Assembly (NCBI GenBank): GCA_963793265.1
Contig: CAWBZI010000006.1
Location: 352,001-416,000 of the forward strand
Direction: 5' to 3'
DNA length: 64,000 nucleotides
From: an uncultured cyanobacterium
GTDB taxonomy: Bacteria; Cyanobacteriota; Cyanobacteriia; Phormidesmidales; Phormidesmidaceae
Positions within the stretch are counted from its first letter, which is position 1. Each line of letters begins with the position of its first letter. A program made the translations under genes and the position numbers. Under the pieces are notes generated by a model. It made no database searches. It was given only the letters and a program-made list of their open reading frames with translations, and was not told the DNA's origin. Positions 1 to 10,146 of this stretch are shown in pieces.

Positions 1-1244
1 TTCGGACTAATCTCAATCACCGATCGCCTTGCTCTAGCCCCTTCAGCAGAGCTAATCATGCCTAGTGTTACCATTCGCTCAATCACGCGGTTTCGATAGT
101 CTGCTGCCGCGCTAGGATCGCGCACCGGGTTAAACGCATTTGGTGCAGGCAAAATCCCTACCAGCGTTGCCGCCTCAGCAATACTCAAGTCGCTAGCTGA
201 TTTGTCAAAGTAAAACTGTGAGGCATCTTCAAAACCGTAAAGGTTGTTGCCTAAGTACACCCGGTTAAGATACAGCAGCATAAGCTGATCTTTGCTGTAA
301 AAAGTCTCTAGCTTTAGCGCCACCACAGCCTCACGGATCTTGCGAGCAGCGCTATCTTCAGTCCCTACATAGTCTCTGTAAGTGTTACGTGCTATCTGCT
401 GGGTAAGCGTACTTGCACCCTCTCGAATCTCTCCGCCAATGATGTTTGTTCTTAAGGCTCTGATAATGCCTAGCGGATCGACGCCGATATGCCAGTAAAA
501 GCGAGAATCTTCTGAAGCGACGGCTGCCTTGGGCAGGTAGGACGAGTATTCTTGCAGCCGCTTTTTCTCCAAGTGAGCTAAGTTAGGCAGCTCATTAAGC
601 GGTATTCTCTCACCGTCTTCTTCAGCCGTAACCAGCACCGGCCCCTGCACTGACTCGGGTATCGGCCTAATCGTAATTTTTGGCCATTCTAAGCCTACAA
701 TCCAAAAGGCCAAGAGCCCGGTGAATCCAGCGGTACCATACAGGCCGTAGCGCACTACGTTCATGTACCAGGGCGGCGGATCAATATAGCGAACGGTCAC
801 CGCGTCAGCAAGTTCTCTGGGGCCTAATGTCAGCATGTCACCGTGACGCAGCGGCAGTGAGCGAATTCGTTTTTTGCTGCGATAGATGCCGTTGGTTGAG
901 CCCTGATCTTTGATGACAAAGGGGTTGCCGGGTCTGGAATAATCGCGCGTCAGCGAAAGATGAGTTTGGCTGACAATCGGGCTGCGCACCACAATGTCGC
1001 AAGCTTTAGAGGAGCGGCCTAATAAATAGTGTTCGCCTACCAGCGGGTATGTCTGCGGCTTGCCCGTGCCATCAGCGGTTTCAATTTGCAGCTTAGGCAC
1101 CCTTGCATTGGCTTTGAGTGGAATTTTAGAGAAGTCCACATTGGCCTGCACCGTCTGGAACGCCTGAGTAATCGAGCCTAGAAAAGTTTTTGGCTGCGAG
1201 TTAGAACCTTGCTTTTTGGGTGGCTTAGGCGGCGGAGAAGTCAT
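1..1244 (-). CDS. FHA-domain class A penicillin-binding protein (transglycosylase), 3' part outside window
   Basis: My translation from ATG at 1244: MTSPPPKPPKK...YLLGRSSKACDIV...VSQTH...DQGSTNG (FHA motifs), a TM segment, then GT51 motifs EDSRFYWHIGVD, GASTLTQQIARN, RKIREA, LYLNRVYLG. Not in the ORF track because it runs off the window. Confidence 0.9.
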   Translation of the reverse strand, partial: MTSPPPKPPKKQGSNSQPKTFLGSITQAFQTVQANVDFSKIPLKANARVPKLQIETADGTGKPQTYPLVGEHYLLGRSSKACDIVVRSPIVSQTHLSLTRDYSRPGNPFVIKDQGSTNGIYRSKKRIRSLPLRHGDMLTLGPRELADAVTVRYIDPPPWYMNVVRYGLYGTAGFTGLLAFWIVGLEWPKITIRPIPESVQGPVLVTAEEDGERIPLNELPNLAHLEKKRLQEYSSYLPKAAVASEDSRFYWHIGVDPLGIIRALRTNIIGGEIREGASTLTQQIARNTYRDYVGTEDSAARKIREAVVALKLETFYSKDQLMLLYLNRVYLGNNLYGFEDASQFYFDKSASDLSIAEAATLVGILPAPNAFNPVRDPSAAADYRNRVIERMVTLGMISSAEGARARRSVIEISP

Positions 1245-1411
1245 AGACAGCGAGGGGTTAGGCAGAAAGGTGCGAACAAAAGGCGACTGACAGCTATAGA
1301 AATCAACAGTTGCTATTCTATCTATTTCGGATGGACTTTTGGACGATTCGGCTTCAAGGGTTCACTGCCAAAGACGACTTTCAATCAGGCAAAACTTACC
1401 GCTACGGTGCG

Positions 1412-1888
1412 CTACGGTCGCCGGGCAGGAGTCTTGTTCTCAAATATCAACACTTTTACTAAGCAAATAAAACCGATGTTGATCCAAATGTCTGCCAGGT
1501 TAAAAACCGGGAACTGAGTTACCGGGAATACCTGTAAAAAGTCCACAACTTCTCCAGTCAAAAAGCGATCGATACCGTTGCCAAAAGCACCACTTAATAT
1601 AAAGCCGTAGCCGACTTCTTCCCAGCGGTCGGGCCAGCGCGCGGTGAGCCCTAGCACAATTAGCGCCACACTCACGAGCAGCGACAGCCAGCGCAACCAT
1701 TCGCCGTTTTCACTAAACAGGCTCCAGGCAGCGCCTCTGTTAGTGGTGTGATAAAAGTTCAGTACACCTGGAATGATTTCGATTGCCTCTCTGAGCGGTA
1801 GCGCCTGAAGTACCCACTGTTTTGTGAGCTGATCGAGGATGACGCCAGCGATCGCTACCAGCCAAAAAACAGGGTTTCTAAGTCTCAT
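1412..1888 (-). CDS. lspA: Lipoprotein signal peptidase II
   Basis: DQLTKQWV, NRGAAWS, GAFGNGIDR, VVDF, FPVFNLAD motifs. Confidence 0.96.
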   Translation of the reverse strand: MRLRNPVFWLVAIAGVILDQLTKQWVLQALPLREAIEIIPGVLNFYHTTNRGAAWSLFSENGEWLRWLSLLVSVALIVLGLTARWPDRWEEVGYGFILSGAFGNGIDRFLTGEVVDFLQVFPVTQFPVFNLADIWINIGFICLVKVLIFENKTPARRP

Positions 1889-1921
1889 AGATAATCACTT
1901 CAAGTTCGCTAGGTCAGTAAG

Positions 1922-2518
1922 TTAGTAAAACAGGGCTTTACGCAAGCCGTAGGCAATAAGGGCGATCGCACAGGTCACCATTACCTGTCCAGGGATCAGC
2001 ACTATAGAGTATGTCATGATGGCGGTTGGCAGGGAAAAGTCAGCCGCGATCCAGCGAAATAAGTACCCCAAGCACAGATAGGTAAGCCCGCATACGTGCA
2101 CCACCAATAATCCGCTCAAAGCCGCAAATCCTAGCCGCTCGGGCGTGGGCTTATCTCGAAATGCCAGCTTGCCACACAGCCACGCTGCCGGAATAAAGCC
2201 CAGTAAATAGCCGAAGCCCGGATCGCGCAGGTAGCTCAGCCCAGCGTCCTGAGTAAATATTTCTAGCTGAAACCGCTCAAACAGTACAACGCCTAGAATC
2301 ACATAGGCAATTTGTGCGATCGCTGCCGCATTCTTCCCGCCCATACAGCCCGTAAACAGCGCCGCACCGACCTGAAACGTCACCCCCAGCGAATAGGGCA
2401 CCACCGCACTCGCTTCGCCCTGCCACAAAAGCCAGGGCACCCCAGCTTCAAGCCAGCTACTCAAAATCGTCAAAATCAGGCCAATCAGCGCCCAAAGTAG
2501 CTCGTACGGAGCAAACAC
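1922..2518 (-). CDS. bioY: Biotin transporter BioY
   Basis: Hydrophobic protein with VTFQV and PGFGYLLGFIPAA motifs; lies just upstream of lspA as in many cyanobacteria. Confidence 0.88.
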   Translation of the reverse strand: MFAPYELLWALIGLILTILSSWLEAGVPWLLWQGEASAVVPYSLGVTFQVGAALFTGCMGGKNAAAIAQIAYVILGVVLFERFQLEIFTQDAGLSYLRDPGFGYLLGFIPAAWLCGKLAFRDKPTPERLGFAALSGLLVVHVCGLTYLCLGYLFRWIAADFSLPTAIMTYSIVLIPGQVMVTCAIALIAYGLRKALFY

Positions 2519-2728
2519 CTATCTTTTTCTCGCCTACGTAAAAACCTTATTAGCGAACCTTTGCCGCCTGTCTCTGCTCAGCATTCTAGGCTAATACCTC
2601 CCCCGCGCGGCCCGTATCTATCCAAACCATCCTTTTTTAAGGAACGTAACTTTTAGGCAAATCTGCTTAAATCCGCTTGATACAGGCTTTACACTTGTTT
2701 GCACTATTGTCTGAGTGTAGAGCCCAAC

Positions 2729-3706
2729 ATGTTTCCTACTCATCGCCCCCGCCGCCTGCGATCGCACGAAAACCTCCGCCGCATGGTGCGAGAAAACATC
2801 GTCACCACAAACGATCTGGTCTATCCCCTATTCGCCGTTCCCGGCGATAGCTTTTCTCAAGAAGTCAAATCGATGCCCGGCGTCTATCAGCTTTCGGTAG
2901 ACAAAATCGTTGAAGAAGCTAAAGAAGTCTATGACCTGGGCATTCCTGCCGTCATTTTGTTTGGCATTCCTACCGAAAAAGACACCGAAGCCACGGGCGC
3001 ATGGCACGATCATGGCATTGTGCAAAAGGCAACTGAGGCCATCAAAAAAGCCGTCCCCAATCTGCTAGTAATCGTCGATACCTGCCTGTGCGAATACACC
3101 GATCACGGCCACTGCGGCTACTTAGAAGTGGGCGATCTTTCAGGCCGAGTGCTCAATGACCCCACCTTAGAATTACTAAAGAAGACGGCCCTTTCTCAAG
3201 CTAACGCAGGCGCTGACATTATCGCCCCTTCCGGCATGATGGACGGCTTTGTGCAGGCCATTCGCCAGGGTCTAGACTCAGGTGGCTTCAACGACTTGCC
3301 CATTCTTTCCTACGCCGCCAAATATTCTTCTGCCTACTACGGCCCCTTCCGTGACGCTGCCGAATCAGCCCCTCAGTTTGGCGACAGACGCACCTACCAG
3401 ATGGATCCAGCCAACGGCACCGAGGCCATTAAAGAAATCGCCCTCGACATTGCCGAAGGCGCTGACATGCTGATGGTCAAGCCCGCGCTAGCCTACATGG
3501 ACATCATCTGGCGAGTTAAGGAAGCGACTAATCTGCCGGTAGCGGCCTACAACGTCTCTGGCGAATATTCCATGGTGAAAGCAGCAGCGCTCAACGGCTG
3601 GATAGATGAGGAAAAAGTGGTTATGGAAACGATGACCAGCTTTAAACGATCTGGCGCAGATATGATTTTGACTTACCACGCTAAGGATGTTGCGCGCTGG
3701 CTCTAA
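2729..3706 (+). CDS. hemB: Porphobilinogen synthase (ALA dehydratase)
   Basis: [11 protein letters not shown] start, [45 protein letters not shown]. Confidence 0.98.
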   Translation: MFPTHRPRRLRSHENLRRMVRENIVTTNDLVYPLFAVPGDSFSQEVKSMPGVYQLSVDKIVEEAKEVYDLGIPAVILFGIPTEKDTEATGAWHDHGIVQKATEAIKKAVPNLLVIVDTCLCEYTDHGHCGYLEVGDLSGRVLNDPTLELLKKTALSQANAGADIIAPSGMMDGFVQAIRQGLDSGGFNDLPILSYAAKYSSAYYGPFRDAAESAPQFGDRRTYQMDPANGTEAIKEIALDIAEGADMLMVKPALAYMDIIWRVKEATNLPVAAYNVSGEYSMVKAAALNGWIDEEKVVMETMTSFKRSGADMILTYHAKDVARWL

Positions 3707-3727
3707 TAGATTCCTTTTTGGAGCTGT

Positions 3728-4420
3728 TTAGTAAGCCCCAGACCCCTTAGACAAAATTGTGGTTACCGTCTTTACAATCAGCTTCAGGTCATAGGCCGGG
3801 CTCCAGTGATGCTGATAGGCCAGATCCATATCCACGATGTCTTCAAAGTCTTTGACTTGCGATCGCCCGCTCACCTGCCACTGGCCGGTCAGGCCCGGTC
3901 GTACGTCCAGGCGCTTCCAATGGCGATCGCTGTAGTGCTGCACCTCATCGCCCGTAGGGGGGCGTGTGCCAACTAGGCTCATATCACCCGTGAGCACGTT
4001 CCAGAACTGGGGGAACTCGTCCAGGCTTGTTTTCCTCAAAAACTGCCCGATTCGGGTTACGCGCGGATCGGTAGAGTTCTTGAATATTAAGCCCTGGGCT
4101 TCGTTGGCAATAGTGGCTTTCAGCTCATCGGCGTTGCTCACCATTGAGCGGAACTTCCAAATGCGAAACGGCTTACCCTGCAAACCGAAGCGCTCTTGCG
4201 AATAGAGGATAGGCCCAGCAGAGTCAAGGCGAATAGCGATCGCGACGGGCACAAATAAAACGCACAGTATTGAAAGCCCGACACAAGCACCGACAATATC
4301 AATAGCGCGCTTGAATACAGAGCGCGTGGATATATGAGGCAGTCGTGGGAAGGGAGGCTGATAAAGGCTCACCCGTGACGGTCTTGACATAACTGGATAA
4401 GATATGGCGCTACGTGACAT
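3728..4420 (-). CDS. Bacterial sugar transferase (priming glycosyl-phosphate transferase domain)
   Basis: KRAIDI, KFRSM, DPRVTRIGQFLRKTSLDEFPQFWNVLTGDMSLVGTRP, RPGLTGQWQV; start uncertain (4420 or 4468). Confidence 0.92.
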   Translation of the reverse strand: MSRSAISYPVMSRPSRVSLYQPPFPRLPHISTRSVFKRAIDIVGACVGLSILCVLFVPVAIAIRLDSAGPILYSQERFGLQGKPFRIWKFRSMVSNADELKATIANEAQGLIFKNSTDPRVTRIGQFLRKTSLDEFPQFWNVLTGDMSLVGTRPPTGDEVQHYSDRHWKRLDVRPGLTGQWQVSGRSQVKDFEDIVDMDLAYQHHWSPAYDLKLIVKTVTTILSKGSGAY

Positions 4421-4816
4421 GGGTTTTCTCGAACGTTTGATAGTGACCAAAGGTACCTGCACCCTCATCGAACAGCTTGTTGCTTAAGGCGTGTATATCC
4501 GGCATACATATAGATATACAAACATTTAACAAAAGACAGTCGTAAGTTAAGTACTTCTACCCAACTCAGACTGACCAAATTATAGTTAGTGCCTCAACTT
4601 TCTACGCCTTTATGCGTAAAAATACCGAAATATCTCCTGAGCGACAAGTTAACGGTCGTATTCGTGAAGAAACGATGAAGATTCTGTAGGATTCTCAGAA
4701 AGCTATCTTCTAATCGCTTCCTCTTGCATCAAAGCGCCTTCCATCGGAGGCTTGAGGGTTTCTTTGATGGGGTAGAGTAAGTCAATATCAATTCTGGTGC
4801 TAGATTCGCAGCCGCT

Positions 4817-6013
4817 ATGACCAATCCCTTACACAGCCCAGAAAACGCGCTAGAAAGTTCATCCAAGCGTGTAGATTCTTTCTATTCAGACGTTTTGTCG
4901 GTTTGGCGAACTCAGATTGCCGCTGACCTGCCAACTCAACCGGCTAGCACGCATGAGGCGATCGCGCAGTGGCTTGTCGGCGAATCAGCACGATTCGAGC
5001 CGATGGGCTCGTCTGAGCGCAAGCTGGCTCAAAAAGCGATGGACTATCGTTACAGAATCTTTATATCTCGCTACTGGGGCCTCTCGCCCGAAAGAGCCTA
5101 TAAAAGGCTGCTGCAAAAGCTGGGCGGTTTGTTTTTAATTCGCAGTAAGGTGCGTACCTGGATTGCGCTGAGTCGCGATCGCAAACGCGCGGTCAAAGAC
5201 GTGCTGCAAGAGGTAATTCAAGAAATGCTTCAGAGCGATCGCCACATGCGGCAGCAAACGCAGTGGATCGGCCAGTGCACTACGCGCGGCAGCCTGCGAA
5301 ATTTGTTGACCCTTGCCACCATTGAAGAGTACTGTCTGCGGCCTATTCGCAACCAGCCGCTATTGGTCTATCGCTTTGTGAACTACTTGAGAAGGTCGCA
5401 GCGCGGTGGCATGACTCAGGTTCCCAGCGCCGAACTCATCCAGCTCATCTCCGAAGAAATCGGCACCAGCGAAGCCGACGGCACCCTCAGCCTATTGGAC
5501 TTTGAGGCGCTAGACCGCTACGAGGTGCAAAAAGAATTTGAAGAACAGCAGGCCGCTCGCAGGCACGTCAAGCAGGAATTTTCTGACTACTTGAACGAAG
5601 AGCTAGGCTCTACGGCGGTGCAGTGGCTAGAGCTGCACTTGCAGGGCTACACCCAAGACATGATTTCACAGCAGCTCGATATAAAAGTTCGCGAAGCCTA
5701 CCGCCTGCGAGAAAAAGTCAGCTATCACGCCATCCGCATTTTCACGATCAAAAAGCAGCCCGATCTGGTTTTCACCTGGCTAAAAACCTCGCTTAAGCAC
5801 CACAATTTAGGGCTCACGCCGACTCAGTATGAAGCCTTCTTAGGCGCGATTTCTGAGCCTCAGCGGCAGATCTTAGAGGCTTTTAAGGCAGGGAATACGG
5901 TTAAGGAAGTCGCTGGGATGTTTGGGCTTACCGAAAAGCAAACGACCAGTCAGTGGGCTGAGCTGTATCTTAAGGCGCAGGATATTCGGACTGAAGGGAC
6001 GGAGGGTAAGTAG
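4817..6013 (+). CDS. HetZ-related putative DNA-binding protein
   Basis: YRYRI..RY.G.SPERAY..L...L, WIALSRDR...V.DVLQEVIQEML and EEYCLRPIRNQPLLVYRFVNYLRR resemble the cyanobacterial HetZ-related family; HTH-like segments near the C-terminus. Confidence 0.75.
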   Translation: MTNPLHSPENALESSSKRVDSFYSDVLSVWRTQIAADLPTQPASTHEAIAQWLVGESARFEPMGSSERKLAQKAMDYRYRIFISRYWGLSPERAYKRLLQKLGGLFLIRSKVRTWIALSRDRKRAVKDVLQEVIQEMLQSDRHMRQQTQWIGQCTTRGSLRNLLTLATIEEYCLRPIRNQPLLVYRFVNYLRRSQRGGMTQVPSAELIQLISEEIGTSEADGTLSLLDFEALDRYEVQKEFEEQQAARRHVKQEFSDYLNEELGSTAVQWLELHLQGYTQDMISQQLDIKVREAYRLREKVSYHAIRIFTIKKQPDLVFTWLKTSLKHHNLGLTPTQYEAFLGAISEPQRQILEAFKAGNTVKEVAGMFGLTEKQTTSQWAELYLKAQDIRTEGTEGK

Positions 6014-6025
6014 AGGCGGTCGAAG

Positions 6026-6049
6026 CCCTCATCCCCAACCCTTCTCCCA
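6026..6049 (+). repeat. Half of a CCCTCA...CTCCC REP-like element
   Basis: CCCTCATCCCCAACCCTTCTCCCA between convergent genes; resembles the left arm of the CCCTCACCCC..CTCTCCC/GGGAGAGGG intergenic repeat family, with the right arm absent. Confidence 0.5.
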
Positions 6050-6050
6050 A

Positions 6051-6632
6051 CTACGTCTTCGACGCCCGCCGCGCGTCCATCACCCGGCCAAAATTAAGCT
6101 TAAACTCCTTCAGCCCAACCAGCCCGCCCGGCTCAGTATCCCAAGAAGCCGACAGCACACCATACGTCAGCCCCAACACGCCAAGCCCAAAGCAGCCCAT
6201 CGTCACCAACAGCACAGCAATCGGCGGAAACTCCACAATCTCACGGCTCTGCAAGTAATAAGACAAAAAGAAAATGCCGACGCCTAAAGCCACAGGCGCA
6301 CCTGAGAGTATCGCCATTCTGCGCAGCATTCGACGGCTCACGGCTTCAGGAATCGCGCCGCTATCGTCTTTCTTCTTACCCGGCTTACCCTTCTCCGCTT
6401 TAGCCTTAGCCTTCCGACGATTGCCCGCCAAAATCTCATCGGCTCGGGCTCTTGCCCTTGCCGACATATCAGAGGCTTCAGGCTTTTTCTTCTTAGCCTT
6501 AGCCGTTTTGGCTACAGAATTCTTCGCTTCAGTAGCCTTGTCTTTATTAGCACTAGCTGCCTTCTTAGCTTTGGCTTTTTTACCCTTGGGCTCAAAAGGC
6601 AGGCCAGCTTTATCGTCAGATTGAGAAGCCAT
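6051..6632 (-). CDS. pam68: PAM68 family photosystem II assembly factor
   Basis: LPFEP N-terminus, IPEAVSRRMLRRM, two TM helices, YGVLSASWD; directly downstream of rpsO. Confidence 0.92.
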   Translation of the reverse strand: MASQSDDKAGLPFEPKGKKAKAKKAASANKDKATEAKNSVAKTAKAKKKKPEASDMSARARARADEILAGNRRKAKAKAEKGKPGKKKDDSGAIPEAVSRRMLRRMAILSGAPVALGVGIFFLSYYLQSREIVEFPPIAVLLVTMGCFGLGVLGLTYGVLSASWDTEPGGLVGLKEFKLNFGRVMDARRASKT

Positions 6633-6693
6633 ATCGACAACTCCCGTGTTTACAGCGCTGAACAGATCTAAAAAGTATCTGTGTCGGATGACT

Positions 6694-6963
6694 TTAGCGA
6701 CGAATGCCGAGCTTCTGGATCAAAGCTTTATAGCGCTCGGGATCTTGCTTAGTCAGATAGGCAAGCAAACGCTTGCGCTGACCAATCATCTTCAGCAGGC
6801 CGCGACGGGAGGAATAGTCTTTTTTGTTCTGCTGTAGGTGCTTAGTTAGACTGTTAATCCGATCGGTGAGCATGGCAACTTGCACATCAACCGATCCGGT
6901 ATCGGTTTCATGAACCTGATGCTCGGAGATAATTTCTTGTTTGCGTTCTTGAAGCAAAGGCAT
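6694..6963 (-). CDS. rpsO: 30S ribosomal protein S15
   Basis: [38 protein letters not shown]. Confidence 0.98.
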   Translation of the reverse strand: MPLLQERKQEIISEHQVHETDTGSVDVQVAMLTDRINSLTKHLQQNKKDYSSRRGLLKMIGQRKRLLAYLTKQDPERYKALIQKLGIRR

Positions 6964-7177
6964 AGTTTCAGACAATAAATAAGATTCAATATTCTACCAT
7001 AGCCAATCTTATCTATTGCATCTGTGGCCTAACTTCAATCAATAAACCGACTGATAAATCAGCCTGACTTGATAGCTGCAAACCCGCTACGGGAATTAAT
7101 GAAGGGTGAGAATCGCGGCTGGTGATTCTTACTGGTGATTTTTTAAATGCCCTTCACACAATATTTAGTCAGCTCAA

Positions 7178-9205
7178 ATGATTCAGGTTTCTCGCTCACA
7201 CACTTTGCCGGTAGCCTTAGGTCGATTGACTGCTCCTGCTAAAAAGACTGGCGATCGCACTCTACACGGCAGGCCCACTAGAAAACTCGCGACAGGACTA
7301 CTCGGATTTGCAGTCGGTGCGCTGTCTTGGAGTGCTTTGTCTTTGGGTGCGATCGCCAATCAAGCGATCGCCCTACACCGACCCCAAATTTCTACCCAAG
7401 CCGCAAGCAATCCTGCACCATCCCGCAGCCCGCTCTCTACCCAGGCAATGTACCGCGAGCTAGCAAATCTCACGGGCCGAGTCGAAAGCACCTATCTTGC
7501 TAATCACGCTCAAAACCAGCCAACCCAGCTCCGCGTAGTCGATTCCACACTCACCGCCAGCGCGAACACCGCTCCTACTATTCCAACGCCCCTACCCGCC
7601 GAACTACAGGCCGCTCAGCAGCTTTTAAACGACTGGCAAGGGCTAATCTCCCAGGGCGAGTACGAAACAGCACACCAGCGTTTTCAAACGGTGACTGATT
7701 CGTTGCGCAGTGCCCAAGTAGCCCAAACGCAGATTGCCGGGCGCAGCGCTCAGCCCGAAGTCCGCTCTATCTGGCTAGACCGTGAAACGATTGTCTCTGC
7801 CGGTTCTCAAGAGGGCTTAGCCAAAATCTTTGAGCGCTTCAAAGCAGCGGGCATTAACACCGTTTTTGTTGAAACCGTCAACGCGGGCTACCCCATCTAT
7901 CCCAGCACGGTTGCCCCAGAGCAAAACCCGCTCATCTCAGGTTGGGATCCGCTTCAGGCTTCTGTAGAACTCGGCAAAGCCTATGGCCTAGAAGTTCACG
8001 CCTGGGTTTGGCTATTTGCAGCGGGCAACCAGGCGCACAATCCGCTCGTGGGCAAGCAGACCAACTACCCTGGCCCTATTCTCACCGCTCACCCCGACTG
8101 GGCAGGCTTCGACAATCACGGCAACCTCATCATCCCCGGCCAAACCAAACCCTTCCTCGACCCTGCGAATCCCGAAGTCCGCCAGTATCTCTTCAACATC
8201 CTCAGCGAAATCGCTGGTCGCTACGACGTAGACGGCATCCAGTTCGACTACGTTCGCTATCCTTTTCAAGATCCTGCTAACAACCGCCTCTTTGGCTATG
8301 GCAATGCCGCTCGCCAGCAGTTCCACGCTCTCACTGGTGTCGATCCAATTTCTCTTTCTCCTAAAAACGGCGGCGACCATCGCAAAGCCTTCCTCTGGGG
8401 TCAGTGGACAGAATTTCGCACGCAGCAAATCAGCTCTTTTGTGGCTGAAGCCTCTCAGCGCCTCCGCCACCAAAAGCCCGGCATCAAAATTTCTGCCGCC
8501 GTTTTTGCAGACGACACTCGCAAGCGCCAGCAAACGCTTCAGCAAGACTGGGAGGACTGGGCCGATCAGGGTCTAATTGACTGGATTGTGCTGATGAGCT
8601 ATGCCAGCAGCACTCAGCGCTTTGATGAGCTGATTCGGCCTTGGGTTGTTGAATCTAGCTATCGTCACACGCAAGTGATTCCGGGTATTCGATTGTTGAA
8701 TCTGCCAGCCGCGATCGCCCACGACCAGCTTCAGCTACTGCGAGATTTGCCCACCAACGGCTATGCTCTCTTCGCTGCTGACAACCTCACGGGCGATGTG
8801 CAGGCAATGCTAGCGAGAACGCAGGGCAATGCTCAAAGCGATGTTGCGACCAGCGGCAGTGATACAACAAGCTATACAACCGCTTCGGCTCAGTACAAGT
8901 CTCTTCAACAAGAGTGGAACTGGCTGCTGACAAATCAACAGATTCAGGGAGATTCGCAGCGGTTAGCGCGATGGGTGAGTGATGTCAATCAGATAGGAGA
9001 GAGTTTGGATGATTTGGGGAGTGAGCCTTCGGCTAGGGAGTTGCAGCAGGTGACGGCGCGGTTGGATGGGTTGGGGCGATCGCTCCCCACCAGCCTGAGC
9101 GTAAATGTAGCAAGCACCCCTTATCGCCTCCGCACCTGGCAAAACCGCCTCACCGCCATCAATCGGCTATTGGCCCACACCCAAACCTCACCTGTAAATT
9201 CGTAG
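7178..9205 (+). CDS. Glycoside hydrolase-like family 10 (YngK/DUF187-type) protein, probably exported
   Basis: EVRSIWLD, GINTVFVET, GLEVHAW, LDPANPEVR, YDVDGIQFDYVRYP, QDWEDW; hydrophobic N-terminal segment. Confidence 0.85.
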   Translation: MIQVSRSHTLPVALGRLTAPAKKTGDRTLHGRPTRKLATGLLGFAVGALSWSALSLGAIANQAIALHRPQISTQAASNPAPSRSPLSTQAMYRELANLTGRVESTYLANHAQNQPTQLRVVDSTLTASANTAPTIPTPLPAELQAAQQLLNDWQGLISQGEYETAHQRFQTVTDSLRSAQVAQTQIAGRSAQPEVRSIWLDRETIVSAGSQEGLAKIFERFKAAGINTVFVETVNAGYPIYPSTVAPEQNPLISGWDPLQASVELGKAYGLEVHAWVWLFAAGNQAHNPLVGKQTNYPGPILTAHPDWAGFDNHGNLIIPGQTKPFLDPANPEVRQYLFNILSEIAGRYDVDGIQFDYVRYPFQDPANNRLFGYGNAARQQFHALTGVDPISLSPKNGGDHRKAFLWGQWTEFRTQQISSFVAEASQRLRHQKPGIKISAAVFADDTRKRQQTLQQDWEDWADQGLIDWIVLMSYASSTQRFDELIRPWVVESSYRHTQVIPGIRLLNLPAAIAHDQLQLLRDLPTNGYALFAADNLTGDVQAMLARTQGNAQSDVATSGSDTTSYTTASAQYKSLQQEWNWLLTNQQIQGDSQRLARWVSDVNQIGESLDDLGSEPSARELQQVTARLDGLGRSLPTSLSVNVASTPYRLRTWQNRLTAINRLLAHTQTSPVNS

Positions 9206-9229
9206 GGGCCCCGCCGCCGTGCGCCCTCC
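9202..9229 (+). repeat. GTAG-type REP-like element
   Basis: GTAGGGGCCCCGCCGCCGTGCGCCCTCC overlapping the stop codon of the upstream gene; degenerate GTAGGGGCG...CGCCC palindrome. Confidence 0.5.
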
Positions 9230-9293
9230 AGCACGGCAACCTAGACGCACTCCCTATAATAGAGAGCAATAAGGAGAGAAGGAGTTAACGGTA

Positions 9294-9974
9294 ATGGTAG
9301 CCACTCGTGATACAAAGCTGAGCTTACCTGCGCTAGAAAGCGGAGATCGGCTCACTCGTGACGAATTTGAAAGTCGTTATGAAGCAATGCCTACTCTCAA
9401 AAAAGCAGAGTTAATTGAAGGAGTGGTTTACTTGGGTTCTCCTGTTCGTGCTGGAAAACATGCTTTGCCCCATGGCAACATAATGACTTGGTTAGGTGTT
9501 TACGGCGTGTTTACGCCAGGTGTGAATGTCTACGACAATGCAACTGTTCGATTAGACGATGCTAACGAGCCTCAGCCAGATGCGCTATTGCGTATAGACG
9601 AAGAGAGAGGTGGCCGTTCCAGTATTAGCAGCGATGACTATATTGAGGGCGCACCAGAGCTAGCGGTAGAAATTGCAGGGAGTAGTGCTTCCTACGATTT
9701 GCATGATAAGAAAATGTCTTATCAGCGTAATGGTGTGCAGGAATACATTGTCTGGAATTCGGGAGAAAGAACGCTGAGCTGGTTCATTTTGCAATCTGGC
9801 GAATACGTAGCGCTAGCGCCCGACGAATCTGGAATTATCCGCAGCCAGGTTTTTCCCGGCCTATGGCTAAACGTGAATGCTTTTGTAGCCGGAGATCTCG
9901 TTCAGGTTTACGAGACTTTGCAAACCGGCCTAAGCGATCCATCCCATCAGGCCTTTGTTGATAAACTCCGATAA
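9294..9974 (+). CDS. Uma2 family (DUF820) PD-(D/E)xK endonuclease
   Basis: LESGDRLTRDEF, KAELIEGVVY, EPQPDA, PELAVEIA, DKKMSYQRNGVQEYIVW, FPGLWL. Confidence 0.93.
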   Translation: MVATRDTKLSLPALESGDRLTRDEFESRYEAMPTLKKAELIEGVVYLGSPVRAGKHALPHGNIMTWLGVYGVFTPGVNVYDNATVRLDDANEPQPDALLRIDEERGGRSSISSDDYIEGAPELAVEIAGSSASYDLHDKKMSYQRNGVQEYIVWNSGERTLSWFILQSGEYVALAPDESGIIRSQVFPGLWLNVNAFVAGDLVQVYETLQTGLSDPSHQAFVDKLR

Positions 9975-10052
9975 AGGATGTGCATCCAAACAACATACCG
10001 TCTACAACGATTTCACCATAGGCCCGCAGCGCACATCGCAATTCACCCTAAC

Positions 10053-10079
10053 GTAGGAGCGTAAGGCTTTACGCCCTCC
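10053..10079 (+). repeat. GTAG-type REP-like element
   Basis: GTAGGAGCGTAAGGCTTTACGCCCTCC; GCGTAA/TTACGC stem, same orientation and same CGCCCTCC end as the 9202 copy. Confidence 0.55.
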
Positions 10080-10146
10080 GGCGCAACAACCCTTCGATCC
10101 GTCAGCAAACCCTCCTCCGTATATTCAACAATCCCTAACAAAACAA

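Noticed and set aside
4493..4507. NtcA-like site GTA...TAC upstream of the sugar transferase
   Set aside because: The spacer is 9 nt, not the required 8
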